In this document: piece by piece, positions 34,308 to 44,495 of the stretch
Layout of the letters: each line of letters starts with the position of its first letter
How positions within the stretch are numbered: the first letter of the stretch is position 1
DNA from: an uncultured virus (IMG/VR IMGVR_UViG_3300002835_000043)
Lineage: Duplodnaviria > Heunggongvirae > Uroviricota > Caudoviricetes
DNA: 64,000 bases
Direction: 5' to 3' (one strand)
IMG/VR virus record: IMGVR_UViG_3300002835_000043
Span: 1 to 64,000 of that record
Program-made: the position numbers and the translations under genes
The notes under the pieces: generated by a model
Database searches by the model: none
The model's input: only the letters and a program-made list of their open reading frames with translations
Told to the model about the DNA's origin: nothing

Positions 34308-35050
34308 AAAAAATACACATAAATTATGCGGCACTAGGAACTAATCACAATTACAACCACCCAAATGGTGGTTATTTTAATGCTCAGATGTTGAATAGTT
34401 CAACAGCAAAAACTGTTGCAGGATTCGATGAAAGTATTAATTATAAAATAGAAAGTTTACCAGAAGATTTTAAAACAAAACATTATCAACATTTTTCACA
34501 TACCAGAGGGGCTGGTTATTGGATTTGGAAACCTTATATAATTTTAAATCATTTAAAAAATAAAATGAATGATGATGATTTATTGATGTATACTGATTCT
34601 GGTTGTCACTTTATTAATAATTTAAATCCTTTATTTAACCGTTTAAATGATACACAAGAAAAAGTTTTAGTATTTAATCTCGCTCAAATAGAAAAAGATT
34701 GGACAAAAAGAGATTGTTTTATAAAATTAAATTGTGATACCCCAGAATTTACCGATAGCAAACAGATAATGAGTACATTTTTTCTTTGTAGAAAAAATGA
34801 TTTTGCAATAAATGTCGTGGAACAATGGTATAATGAAATTAGTGATTTTCATATGGTTTCTGATGAATATATTTCTCCATCAAAAACACCAAATTATCCA
34901 AGTTTTAAAGAACATAGACATGATCAATCTATTTTAAGTCTTGTTTGTAAAAAAAATAATGTAGAATTTATGGAAGATATAAGTCAATGGGGAGATCCTA
35001 TTAAGAGAAATATGCCACAACTTGTTGCACATACAAGAAAAAGAGATTAA
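34304..35050 (+). CDS. putative glycosyltransferase
   Basis: GAGYWIWKPYII, YTDSG, EHRHDQSILS. Confidence 0.7.
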   Translation: MKKIHINYAALGTNHNYNHPNGGYFNAQMLNSSTAKTVAGFDESINYKIESLPEDFKTKHYQHFSHTRGAGYWIWKPYIILNHLKNKMNDDDLLMYTDSGCHFINNLNPLFNRLNDTQEKVLVFNLAQIEKDWTKRDCFIKLNCDTPEFTDSKQIMSTFFLCRKNDFAINVVEQWYNEISDFHMVSDEYISPSKTPNYPSFKEHRHDQSILSLVCKKNNVEFMEDISQWGDPIKRNMPQLVAHTRKRD

Positions 35051-35058
35051 GGATATTT

Positions 35059-35823
35059 ATGAAAATACAAAAAGTAATACATGCATGTGATGATAAGGAA
35101 TTTTATTATGATTTTTGGCCAATTGTATCTAAAATTTGGAAATTAAAATTTAATATAGAACCAGTTTTATTATATTTTGGTACAAAAAATCCATCTACAG
35201 AATATGGTACTGTTGTTCATATGGAAATATTACCAGATATTCCGGTAAATACTCAATGTCAATTATCTCGATATTGGATACCAGTTACGGAACCAGATAC
35301 TATCTGGATGACATCTGATATTGATATGTTACCTATCTCTAGACAATATTTTATTGATAATATAAATCACATATCTGATGATAAATTTGTTGCGTTAAAT
35401 TCAGATCCAAGAGAAAAATATCCAAATTTGTTATATTCTTGTTGTTATAATGTTGCACAAGGGAAAACATTTACAGATCTATTAGGCATTTTACCATCAT
35501 GGAAAGATTTTATGTCATCTGGATTTTGGAAAGAAAATACACATAATTATAAACCTGATGGTCTATCTGATGCTTTACCTCATTGGGGGGCAGATGAAAT
35601 GTGGTCTAGTAAAAAAATAAACCAATATCATGATCAAAATAGAATAATTCGATTACATAGAGATTGTGGTAGACACAGATGCCATAGAATAGATAGATTA
35701 GAATGGAACTGGTCTGATGATAAAGTTAAAAATGAATATTATTATGATTGTCATAGTATAAGACCATATAAAATACATAAAGAATCTATTGATAAATTAG
35801 TAAATTTAATAATAAATAAATGA
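35059..35823 (+). CDS. putative glycosyltransferase
   Basis: SDIDMLP DxD motif; island context. Confidence 0.55.
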   Translation: MKIQKVIHACDDKEFYYDFWPIVSKIWKLKFNIEPVLLYFGTKNPSTEYGTVVHMEILPDIPVNTQCQLSRYWIPVTEPDTIWMTSDIDMLPISRQYFIDNINHISDDKFVALNSDPREKYPNLLYSCCYNVAQGKTFTDLLGILPSWKDFMSSGFWKENTHNYKPDGLSDALPHWGADEMWSSKKINQYHDQNRIIRLHRDCGRHRCHRIDRLEWNWSDDKVKNEYYYDCHSIRPYKIHKESIDKLVNLIINK

Positions 35824-36560
35824 ACATGATAAATTACGACGAATATATTTGGGGAGACAAATTTAAAAATTTATCTTCTTGTAATTTTGTAAAAATTGAT
35901 GATGCTAGGAGTTTTTTAAATAGAACATCAAAAATAAATAAAATTGTAACACACAATGGAGATTTACCAGTAGATGCATCATATCTCTCCCTTAAAGATA
36001 AATTTAATTTTTGGTTTGGACAAAATATAATTATTGATGATGAAAAAATTATACCTATACCAATAGGACTGGAAAATGATTATGTTCCAAATTCAATACA
36101 AAAAAAACATATGCTACATGACTATAGTAATAAAAACATAATTATTAAAAAATTGTTATATATTAATCACAATATTGGTACTAATCATGCCGAAAGAATA
36201 ATTCCTTATAATTTGTTTCAAACTAATAATTTTATTACTATACACAGTTGTGATGGATTTGGTGGTCAAAATTCATATTATACAAATATTAAAGAACATG
36301 AATTTATTCTAAGTCCACCCGGAAACGGGTTAGATTGTCATAGAACATGGGAAATATTATATCTTGGAAGAATTCCTATTTTAAAAAATATTGGTTCTCT
36401 TAAAAAATTATACAGCAATCTTCCTGTTATTTTTATTGATAAATACGAAGAAATCACAGAAGATTTTTTATTAAATAAAAAAAATGAATTAAAAAATAAA
36501 TCATTTAATTATAATAAATTAAAATTTAGTTATTGGAAAAATTTAATAGAACAGGAATGA
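35820..36560 (+). CDS. exostosin/GT47-like glycosyltransferase
   Basis: FILSPPGNGLDCHRTWEILYLGRIPI. Confidence 0.75.
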   Translation: MNMINYDEYIWGDKFKNLSSCNFVKIDDARSFLNRTSKINKIVTHNGDLPVDASYLSLKDKFNFWFGQNIIIDDEKIIPIPIGLENDYVPNSIQKKHMLHDYSNKNIIIKKLLYINHNIGTNHAERIIPYNLFQTNNFITIHSCDGFGGQNSYYTNIKEHEFILSPPGNGLDCHRTWEILYLGRIPILKNIGSLKKLYSNLPVIFIDKYEEITEDFLLNKKNELKNKSFNYNKLKFSYWKNLIEQE

Positions 36561-36567
36561 AAAAATT

Positions 36568-37347
36568 ATGATAACAGTAAATTTAATGGGAAGACTTGGT
36601 AATAATTTATTTCAATTAGCAACATGTTTATCACTAGCAAATAAAAATAATACAAAAGCTTACTATTGTAAAAATGAATCAAATATAAATGTATTAGAAT
36701 TACCGGATATTCAATACACTTCTTCAAATGCTCCAAATGTATTTTCAGAAAAAAAATTTAATTACAATGAAGAATTTGAAAATTTAACAGATAATACACA
36801 TTTACATGGTTACTTTCAATCGGAAAAATATTTTAAAAATTGTAAAGATTTAATACTAAAAAATTTTTCATTTAAAGAATATGTAAAACAAAATGTAAAG
36901 ACTAATGGTTATTCTGATATTGAAAATATAACAAATCAATATACAGCAATTCATATAAGAAGAACAGATTATCTAACAATACAACATGCTCACCCAATTT
37001 GTTCAAGAGAATATTATATAAATTGTTTAAATGAAATTTCACCATCCGGAAAAATTTTAATTTTTTCTGATGATTTAAATTGGTGTAAAGAAAATTTTAT
37101 AGGAGATCAATATGTTCATGTAAATTTAGATCATCATTGTTGCTTATACATGATGACTAAAGTTAAAAACATAGTAATAGCAAATAGTTCATTTAGTTGG
37201 TGGGGTGCATGGCTAAATAATAGACAAGACAAAAAGGTATATGCTCCAAAACAGTGGTTTGGGGACACTTTGCCATATAGATCTGCTGATATTAATCTGA
37301 CTAATTGTTTGAAGGATCTTTATTGTGAAGGGTGGAATGTAAGATGA
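36568..37347 (+). CDS. GT11 alpha-1,2-fucosyltransferase
   Basis: GRLGNNLFQ, GYFQSEKYF, HIRRTDY, IANSSFSWWGAWL. Confidence 0.9.
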   Translation: MITVNLMGRLGNNLFQLATCLSLANKNNTKAYYCKNESNINVLELPDIQYTSSNAPNVFSEKKFNYNEEFENLTDNTHLHGYFQSEKYFKNCKDLILKNFSFKEYVKQNVKTNGYSDIENITNQYTAIHIRRTDYLTIQHAHPICSREYYINCLNEISPSGKILIFSDDLNWCKENFIGDQYVHVNLDHHCCLYMMTKVKNIVIANSSFSWWGAWLNNRQDKKVYAPKQWFGDTLPYRSADINLTNCLKDLYCEGWNVR

Positions 37348-38084
37348 AAATTGCAATAATAGTTCTAAGTGGTGGTAAAGATATTGCTCATTCAAATGGT
37401 AAAACATATGATGAATTGGTTGATACTATAAAGGAAACATGGGCAAAAAGATTACCAGATAATGTCAATATTTTTTTTAATTACGGGTTTATACCAAATT
37501 ATGATAATAATCCAAAATTAGGTGAAACAAAAATTTATAAAGACATGTTATTACATGGTATAGAAGAATCATATGAAAATATGAATAAAAAAGTTTTAAA
37601 TTCATTATCCTATTTTGAAAAAGAAACCGATTATGATTTTATTTTTAGATGTTGTTGTGGTAGTTATATTAATGTTGAAAATTTAGTTAATTTTTTATCC
37701 AATAAACCAAAACAAAATTTTTATTGTGGTGTACCAACATCCTATAACCATAAAGGTGAACATTTTAATTTTGCATCTGGCTCTGGATTCTTTTTCAGTA
37801 AAGATGTATTAAAAATTATATCTAAAAATTTAAATAAAATGATAGATGAAGAAATAAAATTAGATGATGTTACTATAGGATATCATTTTAAAAAACTTGG
37901 AATAAATATTCATCCAGGGGCAAAAAGAAAAGATATAGGAGATTTACCGGAAAATAGACACCATCTTATTGATCTAAATTGTATAACAAAAGAAGATTTA
38001 TCACACTATCATTTTCATATGAGACACAATTCCCTTGGTATGAAAAAATTACATAATTTAATTGAAAATAAAATTTATTGTTAA
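37344..38084 (+). CDS. GT31-like glycosyltransferase
   Basis: IKETW, YINVENL, FASGSGFFFSKD, DDVTIG. Confidence 0.65.
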   Translation: MKIAIIVLSGGKDIAHSNGKTYDELVDTIKETWAKRLPDNVNIFFNYGFIPNYDNNPKLGETKIYKDMLLHGIEESYENMNKKVLNSLSYFEKETDYDFIFRCCCGSYINVENLVNFLSNKPKQNFYCGVPTSYNHKGEHFNFASGSGFFFSKDVLKIISKNLNKMIDEEIKLDDVTIGYHFKKLGINIHPGAKRKDIGDLPENRHHLIDLNCITKEDLSHYHFHMRHNSLGMKKLHNLIENKIYC

Positions 38085-38093
38085 AGGATTAAA

Positions 38094-38855
38094 ATGAAAA
38101 GTAGTATTTCTGATTACGAAAAATATAAAAATGTTTGTATCAAAGCAGTTGAAGATGATTTATTTTTTAAATCATTTCGTTCAAATAATGAATATATGGG
38201 AATATTGGAACATGTTTCATATGAATCTGGATTGGAATATTATAAACATTGTGTAGAAAAAAATAAAGTAGAATTTACAAATGATTTAATAAAAAAATTA
38301 AAAAAAACAGATTATTACGGGCTTCCTAACAGATATAAATTTGAAAAAATAGATGAGTTATCACCAACAATTTTAAGATATATTTCTGTTGCATCTGATA
38401 TTCATAGATTATATGGACCTTTAGATGGCAAAACGGTTGTTGAAATAGGAGCAGGATATGGTGGTCAATCTATGTTAATAAATTTATTATATAATATAAA
38501 AAAATATATCATAATAGATTTACCAGAAGTTATAGAACTTATAAAAAAGTTTTTAACAGTAAATAATATGGATATAGAAAAATATGAATTTTATTCATAT
38601 CCAAATATACCAACTATTAAAACAGATTTTTTAATATCAAATTATGCTTTTTCTGAATGTTATAAGAGTGTACAAGACATTTATATTAAAAATTTAATCA
38701 ATAACAGTAAAAATTTTTATATGGTTGTTAATTTTATATCAAATGATGTTTATAATAAAGAAGAATTATTACAAATGTTAAATGGAAATATAGTAGTAAC
38801 AAAAGAAGAACCAATAACAACAGATACAAATCTTTTATTTTATAAAAAGGATTAA
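38094..38855 (+). CDS. putative sugar O-methyltransferase
   Basis: VVEIGAGYGG SAM motif, IIDLPEV, ISNYAFSE. Confidence 0.75.
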   Translation: MKSSISDYEKYKNVCIKAVEDDLFFKSFRSNNEYMGILEHVSYESGLEYYKHCVEKNKVEFTNDLIKKLKKTDYYGLPNRYKFEKIDELSPTILRYISVASDIHRLYGPLDGKTVVEIGAGYGGQSMLINLLYNIKKYIIIDLPEVIELIKKFLTVNNMDIEKYEFYSYPNIPTIKTDFLISNYAFSECYKSVQDIYIKNLINNSKNFYMVVNFISNDVYNKEELLQMLNGNIVVTKEEPITTDTNLLFYKKD

Positions 38856-38858
38856 CAA

Positions 38859-39362
38859 ATGAAATCATATTCTCAATGCAAACAAGATTTATATGTTTTA
38901 GAAAAATTAAATAATAAAAAAGATGGCTATTATATTGAGATAGGTGCATATCACCCTACAGATATAAGTAACACAAAATTATTGGAAGAATTGGGTTGGT
39001 GTGGATTAAGCTTTGATGCCAATAATATTTCTTCCATATGGACATCTTTTAGAAAAAATGAATTTATATGGGCTGATGCTTTAAATTTTAATTTTAAAAA
39101 GTGTTTTGAGGAAAAAAATGTTCCATCGGAAATAGATTATTTATCATTAGATATAGATGAAGCAACATTAGGATGTTTAAAAATATTACCATTAAAAGAA
39201 TATAAATTTAAAGTTATTACACTTGAGCATGATGAATATTCACAAGGTTCTGCAAAAAAGAATGCTATGAGAGAAATTTTATTTTCTTATGGTTATAAAT
39301 TAGATAAACCAGATGTTAAAAATGATGGTCATATATATGAAGATTGGTGGTTAAGTTCATGA
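38859..39362 (+). CDS. FkbM-like methyltransferase
   Basis: YSQCKQD, YIEIGA, SNT, IDYLSLDID, EDWW. Confidence 0.75.
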   Translation: MKSYSQCKQDLYVLEKLNNKKDGYYIEIGAYHPTDISNTKLLEELGWCGLSFDANNISSIWTSFRKNEFIWADALNFNFKKCFEEKNVPSEIDYLSLDIDEATLGCLKILPLKEYKFKVITLEHDEYSQGSAKKNAMREILFSYGYKLDKPDVKNDGHIYEDWWLSS

Positions 39363-40270
39363 ACATGTTAGTTACAGGTGGTTGTGGATTTATTGGTTCT
39401 AATATTGTTGATAGACTTTGCATATCAGAAAATTATAATGTAACAGTTATTGACAATCTTTCATCTGATGCCCATGATAAATTTTATTATAATAAAAATG
39501 TTGTTTATTATAAAGATGATATTAATAATAAACATATAGTAAATGGTATATTTGAAAGACATAGACCAGACTATGTTTTTCATTTAGCAGCAGAAGCAAG
39601 AATACAAAATTGTATAAATGAACCAACAAAAGCATTTAATACAAATACTGTTGGAACTCAAAACATACTAGAAGCATGTAGATTGTTTAATGTAAAAAAA
39701 GTAATGTTTTCAAGCACATCTGCAATTTATGGATTAAATGATACACTACCACAAACAGAAGTATTAAGTCCTAGTTGTCTGAACATGTATTCATATTCAA
39801 AATTGTTTTCTGAAGGATTATTTAAATTATATTCTGAAATGTATGGTATTGATAGCATATGTTTCCGTTATTTCAATGTTTATGGACCAAGACAACCTAT
39901 TCGTGGATCATATGCACCAGTAATTGGTGTATTTTCTAGACAAAAGAAAAACAATGAAAAAATGACTATTGTTGGGGATGGTTTACAAACAAGAGATTAT
40001 ATCCATGTTTCTGATATTGTTTCTGCAAATATAGCAGCAATGAATTGTGAACATAAATTAAATGGAAATATAATAAACATTGGAACTGGTAAATCTTTTT
40101 CAGTTTTAGATATTGCAAAGATGATGAATGGAGAGTATATTCATGTACCTGCAAGAAACGGAGAAGCACGACATACTCTTGCAGACATAACAAAAGCAAA
40201 AGAACTATTAAATTGGGAACCAAAATATAGTTTAGAAAAATACATGGAGAATAAAGAATATGATAATTGA
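39359..40270 (+). CDS. NAD-dependent epimerase/dehydratase
   Basis: TGGCGFIGS, YSYSK, RYFNVYGPRQ, GDGLQTRDYIHV. Confidence 0.9.
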   Translation: MNMLVTGGCGFIGSNIVDRLCISENYNVTVIDNLSSDAHDKFYYNKNVVYYKDDINNKHIVNGIFERHRPDYVFHLAAEARIQNCINEPTKAFNTNTVGTQNILEACRLFNVKKVMFSSTSAIYGLNDTLPQTEVLSPSCLNMYSYSKLFSEGLFKLYSEMYGIDSICFRYFNVYGPRQPIRGSYAPVIGVFSRQKKNNEKMTIVGDGLQTRDYIHVSDIVSANIAAMNCEHKLNGNIINIGTGKSFSVLDIAKMMNGEYIHVPARNGEARHTLADITKAKELLNWEPKYSLEKYMENKEYDN

Positions 40271-40481
40271 AAATAGTGAATTAAATCTTCAGCAAGAAAT
40301 TGAAAAAAGAGTTCTTAGGACTGGAGATTCTTATATTGATGCAATTCTTTTTGTATGTGAAAATTATTCTTTAGATCCAGAATATATTGCAAAACATCTA
40401 CCAAAACCAATTGTAGAAAAATTAAGAGAAGAGGGTGAATCATTAAATCTACTCCCAAAATCTTCTCGTCTACCCATATAA
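40260..40481 (+). CDS. gp33: late transcription coactivator gp33-like
   Basis: SYIDAIL..CE..LDPE...EKL..E...LNLL pattern; directly upstream of gp32. Confidence 0.8.
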   Translation: MIIENSELNLQQEIEKRVLRTGDSYIDAILFVCENYSLDPEYIAKHLPKPIVEKLREEGESLNLLPKSSRLPI

Positions 40482-40515
40482 ATACCCTTGACTACTCCAG
40501 TATCTGTAGTATACT
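40477..40515 (+). promoter_or_regulatory. tandem late (TATAAATA) and sigma70-type (TTGACT-16-TATACT) promoters for gp32
   Basis: Motifs at 40477, 40488 and 40510. Confidence 0.65.
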
Positions 40516-40571
40516 ACTGGTGTAAGTCGTACATGTCGTACACTTAAAACATACAAAAGGAGATATCGTAT

Positions 40572-41492
40572 ATGTCGTTCAAGGATCTAAAGAAGCGTTC
40601 TCAGGAAAACATTTCGCGTCTGACTGAAGAACTAGAGAAGATGAATAAGGGCGCAGAGTCTTACAAGGATGATCGTTTCTGGAAGCCTACGCTTGATCAA
40701 GCAAGCAATGGTTTCGCTGTCATCCGTTTCCTTCCCCCTGTTGAGGGTGAGGATGTTCCTTGGGTTCGTGTGTTCTCACACGGTTTCCAAGGCAAGGGTG
40801 GTTGGTTCATTGAGAACTGCCCGACCACTATCGGTGGTAAGTGCCCTGTTTGTGAAGCAAACAGTGAACTTTGGAATTCCGGTATTGAGGACGACAAGAC
40901 CGTAGCCCGTGATCGCAAGCGTAAGTTGTCTTACATTGCCAACATCATGGTCGTTTCAGATCCAAAGAATCCTTCAAATGATGGAAAGGTGTTCCTTTTC
41001 AAGTTTGGTAAGAAGATCTTTGACAAGATCATGGAGAAGTTGCAGCCTGAGTTTGCTGATGAGACTCCAACCAATGTCTTTGACTTCTGGAAGGGTGCAG
41101 ACTTCAAGTTGAAGATTCGTAAGGTTGCTGGTTATGTTAACTACGACAAGAGCGAGTTCGATGATTCTACTCCGCTTCTTGGTGGTGATGATAAGCAACT
41201 GGAAGGTGTCTGGGCTAAGCAGCACAAGTTGCAGGAGTTCCTCAAGCCAGAGAACTTCAAGTCTTATGATGAACTGTCCAAGAAGTTGGATAGTGTCCTC
41301 AAGTCTGCTCCAGAGGGTAAGCGTAAGGCTGAGGAGATGTCAGATGATGACTTCGAACCAGAGACTGAACTGAAGTATTCGACTCCCAAGACTGCAAAGC
41401 CAGCAAAGATGGCTGAGAAGAAGATTGAAGAGGATGTCGAGGAAGAGGATGCAATGTCCTACTTCGAGAAGCTTACTAGTGATGACGAGTGA
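40572..41492 (+). CDS. gp32: single-stranded DNA-binding protein
   Basis: DDRFWK, AVIRFLP, HGFQG, ENCPTT...CPVCE, FGKKIFDKI, NYDKSEF, acidic tail. Confidence 0.97.
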   Translation: MSFKDLKKRSQENISRLTEELEKMNKGAESYKDDRFWKPTLDQASNGFAVIRFLPPVEGEDVPWVRVFSHGFQGKGGWFIENCPTTIGGKCPVCEANSELWNSGIEDDKTVARDRKRKLSYIANIMVVSDPKNPSNDGKVFLFKFGKKIFDKIMEKLQPEFADETPTNVFDFWKGADFKLKIRKVAGYVNYDKSEFDDSTPLLGGDDKQLEGVWAKQHKLQEFLKPENFKSYDELSKKLDSVLKSAPEGKRKAEEMSDDDFEPETELKYSTPKTAKPAKMAEKKIEEDVEEEDAMSYFEKLTSDDE

Positions 41493-41513
41493 GTTAATGT
41501 GAAGATGGTGTGG

Positions 41514-41548
41514 AAGAGAGCCAGAGAAATCTGGCTCTTTTCTTTTTA
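41514..41548. terminator. terminator between convergent genes
   Basis: agagccaga-gaaa-tctggctct then T run. Confidence 0.85.
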
Positions 41549-43567
41549 TAACATAGCTGCTTTATAATAGTCCATATAAACTTTTTCAAGTACACTTTCA
41601 TGTTTATCTGGTATAGTTCCAGCAGAATTGAAGTGTCCATTTGTTTCTAATAGTCTACCACTATTCATACCACCAATCATGTTATTGACTATGATTGGAT
41701 TTGATGAACTGGATGAACCAGATAATAAAGGTGCTATCTTATATGCATCATTATATTCTTGAACAGTATTTGCTAACACTGTACCCAAAACCATAGTTTG
41801 TCTTTGGGTTGCTGTTATATCATTTAACGCATTTTCTTTTATTATCTTGTAGATGTTATTACCAATACTTTCTGTTACTGCATTTGGTTTAGTTGATACA
41901 ACTGCTTCTGATGTTCTATTTTCACCAGCAACTATAAATGAACCAAATCTACTTCCTTCAATGATTCCTTCATTTGCCATCATACCAGCATACTGACCAT
42001 ATGCTTCGTTAACAGCTTCTCTGTGTTTTCTTTCTTGTTCTTCTCTTTGTGCAGCACTAATTAATTCTGAACCATATTTGTTAAAATATTCCTTTGGTCT
42101 TGCCCAAAGATTTGTATTATAATCTTTTAGTATTTCTGGTGCTTCTTTTAATAGCATAAAAACATTATCAAAACCAATTCTATTCAAAACAGAATTTATT
42201 TTTTTATCCGCACCTTTTTTGAGGTAATATTTATAGAGATCATCGGAATTATTAATATTTCTTGCATCTTTAAATGTTTCTAAAATTGTATTAACATCTT
42301 GTATTGAATATTTTTCTCCTTTACCCCAAGCGAGATCCATATCTACTACATTATTTAATTTTTCATGTGTTTTTACAATATTATGTAAAGCAAAAAAATT
42401 CTTTTGAGCATTTTCTACCATCTTTACTGCTCGTTCTTCTACGATCTTTGCTTCATTTATTTTTCCTTCATTTGCCAATTTCAATGCTTCTTGACCCATA
42501 ATTTCTACTTGCTTATTAGTATTTTCTAAATCCATTCTTCCCTGATCTAACATTTCACTTTCCGCAATGCCTCTAGACCAATCACTTGCTGTGTATGCTC
42601 TATATAATGCCTCACTAGCACCATACATTAATCCAACAATAGGAACAGCTCTTGCTAAAGATGGTAAACCAGCTGCAGAAAAAGCATTTGCTGTGGTTGA
42701 GATACCAAGATCTACTAAACCAGCAGATAACGAGCCTTTACCAAAAGCAACACCTGCTTGTTTTAATCTATCTGCAAATGGTACATTTTGTAAATTTGGA
42801 TCAAAAAGAGTGGAAACACCAAGAGCAGTTCCTCCTAAAAATGCAGATCTACCAGCAGAAACTGCACTCATAGTTGCAGCACCTGTCGCTCTGCCTACTG
42901 CACTTGTTCCTGCTTTTACTCTCTCAAATGGAGTTGCTTTTTGTTGTGGTCCAATTCCACTTATTGGTTTTTTACCTGTAATAGCAGTTTTTGCCTTTTC
43001 TCCTGCAATTCTAGAAAATTCTCTTTCAGGTAAAGGTGAAAATAAAGGTTTTCCTTGTATTAAATTTTTTAAAGTTTTTGTTGAAACCGTTTTTGCAGTT
43101 GCTCTAGTTGCAGCACCAGATGCACCAATATCTGCTGCTGATGATGTTCCTGCAGCCATTCCTGGCTTATTAATTACTGGTGTTTCTTTACCATCAAACC
43201 AATTTTTTAATTCATTTATTGCAGCAGTTAACCCAATTAATGATCCTGCCAATCCGGCAATACCCAATCCACCCAATAAATCAGTAATTCCACTAATCAA
43301 AGAACCCAAACCAGACTCCGTTGAAACATTTATTTCTTTATCTCTTATTTCCTCTAATAACTTAGTTGTTTTAATTCTATATTTTTTATCTTCATTTAAT
43401 AATACTTTTGATTCTGACTCAGTTTCTTCTTGTTTTGCAACTTGATCTGATGTTACTTCATTTTGTTTTTTAGTAATATCATATAGAGATTCCATAACTT
43501 TAGAAATCCCGTCAACTTTTTTACTTACACTTTCTAAAATTTTATCTCTATCTTCTTTTAATGGCAT
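41546..43567 (-). CDS. putative tail tape measure / hub (gp29-like) protein
   Basis: Helical Ala/Gly-rich 673 aa with hydrophobic segments, downstream of gp26/gp51-like genes. Confidence 0.55.
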   Translation of the reverse strand: MPLKEDRDKILESVSKKVDGISKVMESLYDITKKQNEVTSDQVAKQEETESESKVLLNEDKKYRIKTTKLLEEIRDKEINVSTESGLGSLISGITDLLGGLGIAGLAGSLIGLTAAINELKNWFDGKETPVINKPGMAAGTSSAADIGASGAATRATAKTVSTKTLKNLIQGKPLFSPLPEREFSRIAGEKAKTAITGKKPISGIGPQQKATPFERVKAGTSAVGRATGAATMSAVSAGRSAFLGGTALGVSTLFDPNLQNVPFADRLKQAGVAFGKGSLSAGLVDLGISTTANAFSAAGLPSLARAVPIVGLMYGASEALYRAYTASDWSRGIAESEMLDQGRMDLENTNKQVEIMGQEALKLANEGKINEAKIVEERAVKMVENAQKNFFALHNIVKTHEKLNNVVDMDLAWGKGEKYSIQDVNTILETFKDARNINNSDDLYKYYLKKGADKKINSVLNRIGFDNVFMLLKEAPEILKDYNTNLWARPKEYFNKYGSELISAAQREEQERKHREAVNEAYGQYAGMMANEGIIEGSRFGSFIVAGENRTSEAVVSTKPNAVTESIGNNIYKIIKENALNDITATQRQTMVLGTVLANTVQEYNDAYKIAPLLSGSSSSSNPIIVNNMIGGMNSGRLLETNGHFNSAGTIPDKHESVLEKVYMDYYKAAML

Positions 43568-43571
43568 CTAG

Positions 43572-43742
43572 TTATCCTTTGATTTTATTTTTTCTTCTAA
43601 CTTGTTCCATTCTTTCTTTTTGTTCTTGTATATTCTTTATATGCAATCCAATGTATACTCTTCTTTCCCAAGGCAACATATTTTCTATTTCTTCTAAATT
43701 AAACTTTTCGCTCTCGATTAATGCATAATTTGTTTCGTACAT
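43572..43742 (-). CDS. gp51: baseplate hub assembly protein gp51-like (56 aa; frame open upstream into the gp26 end)
   Basis: YETNYAL...LEEIENMLPWERRVYI motif; below ORF-track cutoff. Confidence 0.8.
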   Translation of the reverse strand: MYETNYALIESEKFNLEEIENMLPWERRVYIGLHIKNIQEQKERMEQVRRKNKIKG

Positions 43743-43768
43743 TATTTTCAAACTTTCAACCGAGAGCG

Positions 43769-44485
43769 TTATTCGAAAAAAGATTTAAAATCATTTATAA
43801 TTATGGGTATTTTATTTCCTTTTGTTGGAGTTACAAATTCTTCTTCATATGTCACTCTTGGTAATTTATCAAAAAAATGTGTAATTTTTAAAAACATTTC
43901 TTTTGGTAGATTTTCTAAAAAATCTATAACTTCTTGTTTACTTTTTTCTTTTGTACTTATTACTTGATCTTTTGTAAAAATTTTATCTATACAAGACACT
44001 ATCAAATTAAACATGGTTTCTGTTCTTGATTTTTCATTTTTTTCTATCTCTATAAATTCACTTATAGATGGATATTTCATAATAACACCCATATTATCAT
44101 TCAACTTTATAGTAGTTGATGTTTTTTCTGGAAGATTTTTAACTATTACATTTTCAAGTTTCATTTCTGTTTCAAATTTTTCATTAGTTTCTGAATCTTT
44201 AACAATTATTTCTACAACTTCGCCCATCGATTTCATTCTTAATTGGATAAAGAGATATTCAACATCAAAATATGGCATTTCTTCAATATTTAATTTTTCA
44301 GAAAAGCATGTATTGAATATACTTTTCATTGCTCCCATAATTTGTTCATCATCCTTTGATTCCAAAGCAATCAATAATATTTTTTCTTCCTTTACAACAA
44401 AGGGTCTAAATGAAACCTTTTTACCAGTTGATGGTACTGTTGTTGTGTATGTTGGAAGTGATACTAAATTTTTCAAATCAATCAT
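43769..44485 (-). CDS. gp26: baseplate hub assembly protein gp26-like
   Basis: LPTY...PSTGKKVSFRPFVVKEEKILL, FDVEYLFIQLRMKSMGE, MKYPS. Confidence 0.9.
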   Translation of the reverse strand: MIDLKNLVSLPTYTTTVPSTGKKVSFRPFVVKEEKILLIALESKDDEQIMGAMKSIFNTCFSEKLNIEEMPYFDVEYLFIQLRMKSMGEVVEIIVKDSETNEKFETEMKLENVIVKNLPEKTSTTIKLNDNMGVIMKYPSISEFIEIEKNEKSRTETMFNLIVSCIDKIFTKDQVISTKEKSKQEVIDFLENLPKEMFLKITHFFDKLPRVTYEEEFVTPTKGNKIPIIINDFKSFFE

Positions 44486-44495
44486 AATCTACTCC

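Noticed and set aside
42567..43445. 292-aa plus-strand ORF (and similar antisense ORFs such as 205..867, 25870..26400, 62588..63229)
   Set aside because: Antisense shadows of well-supported genes, with no motifs or RBS
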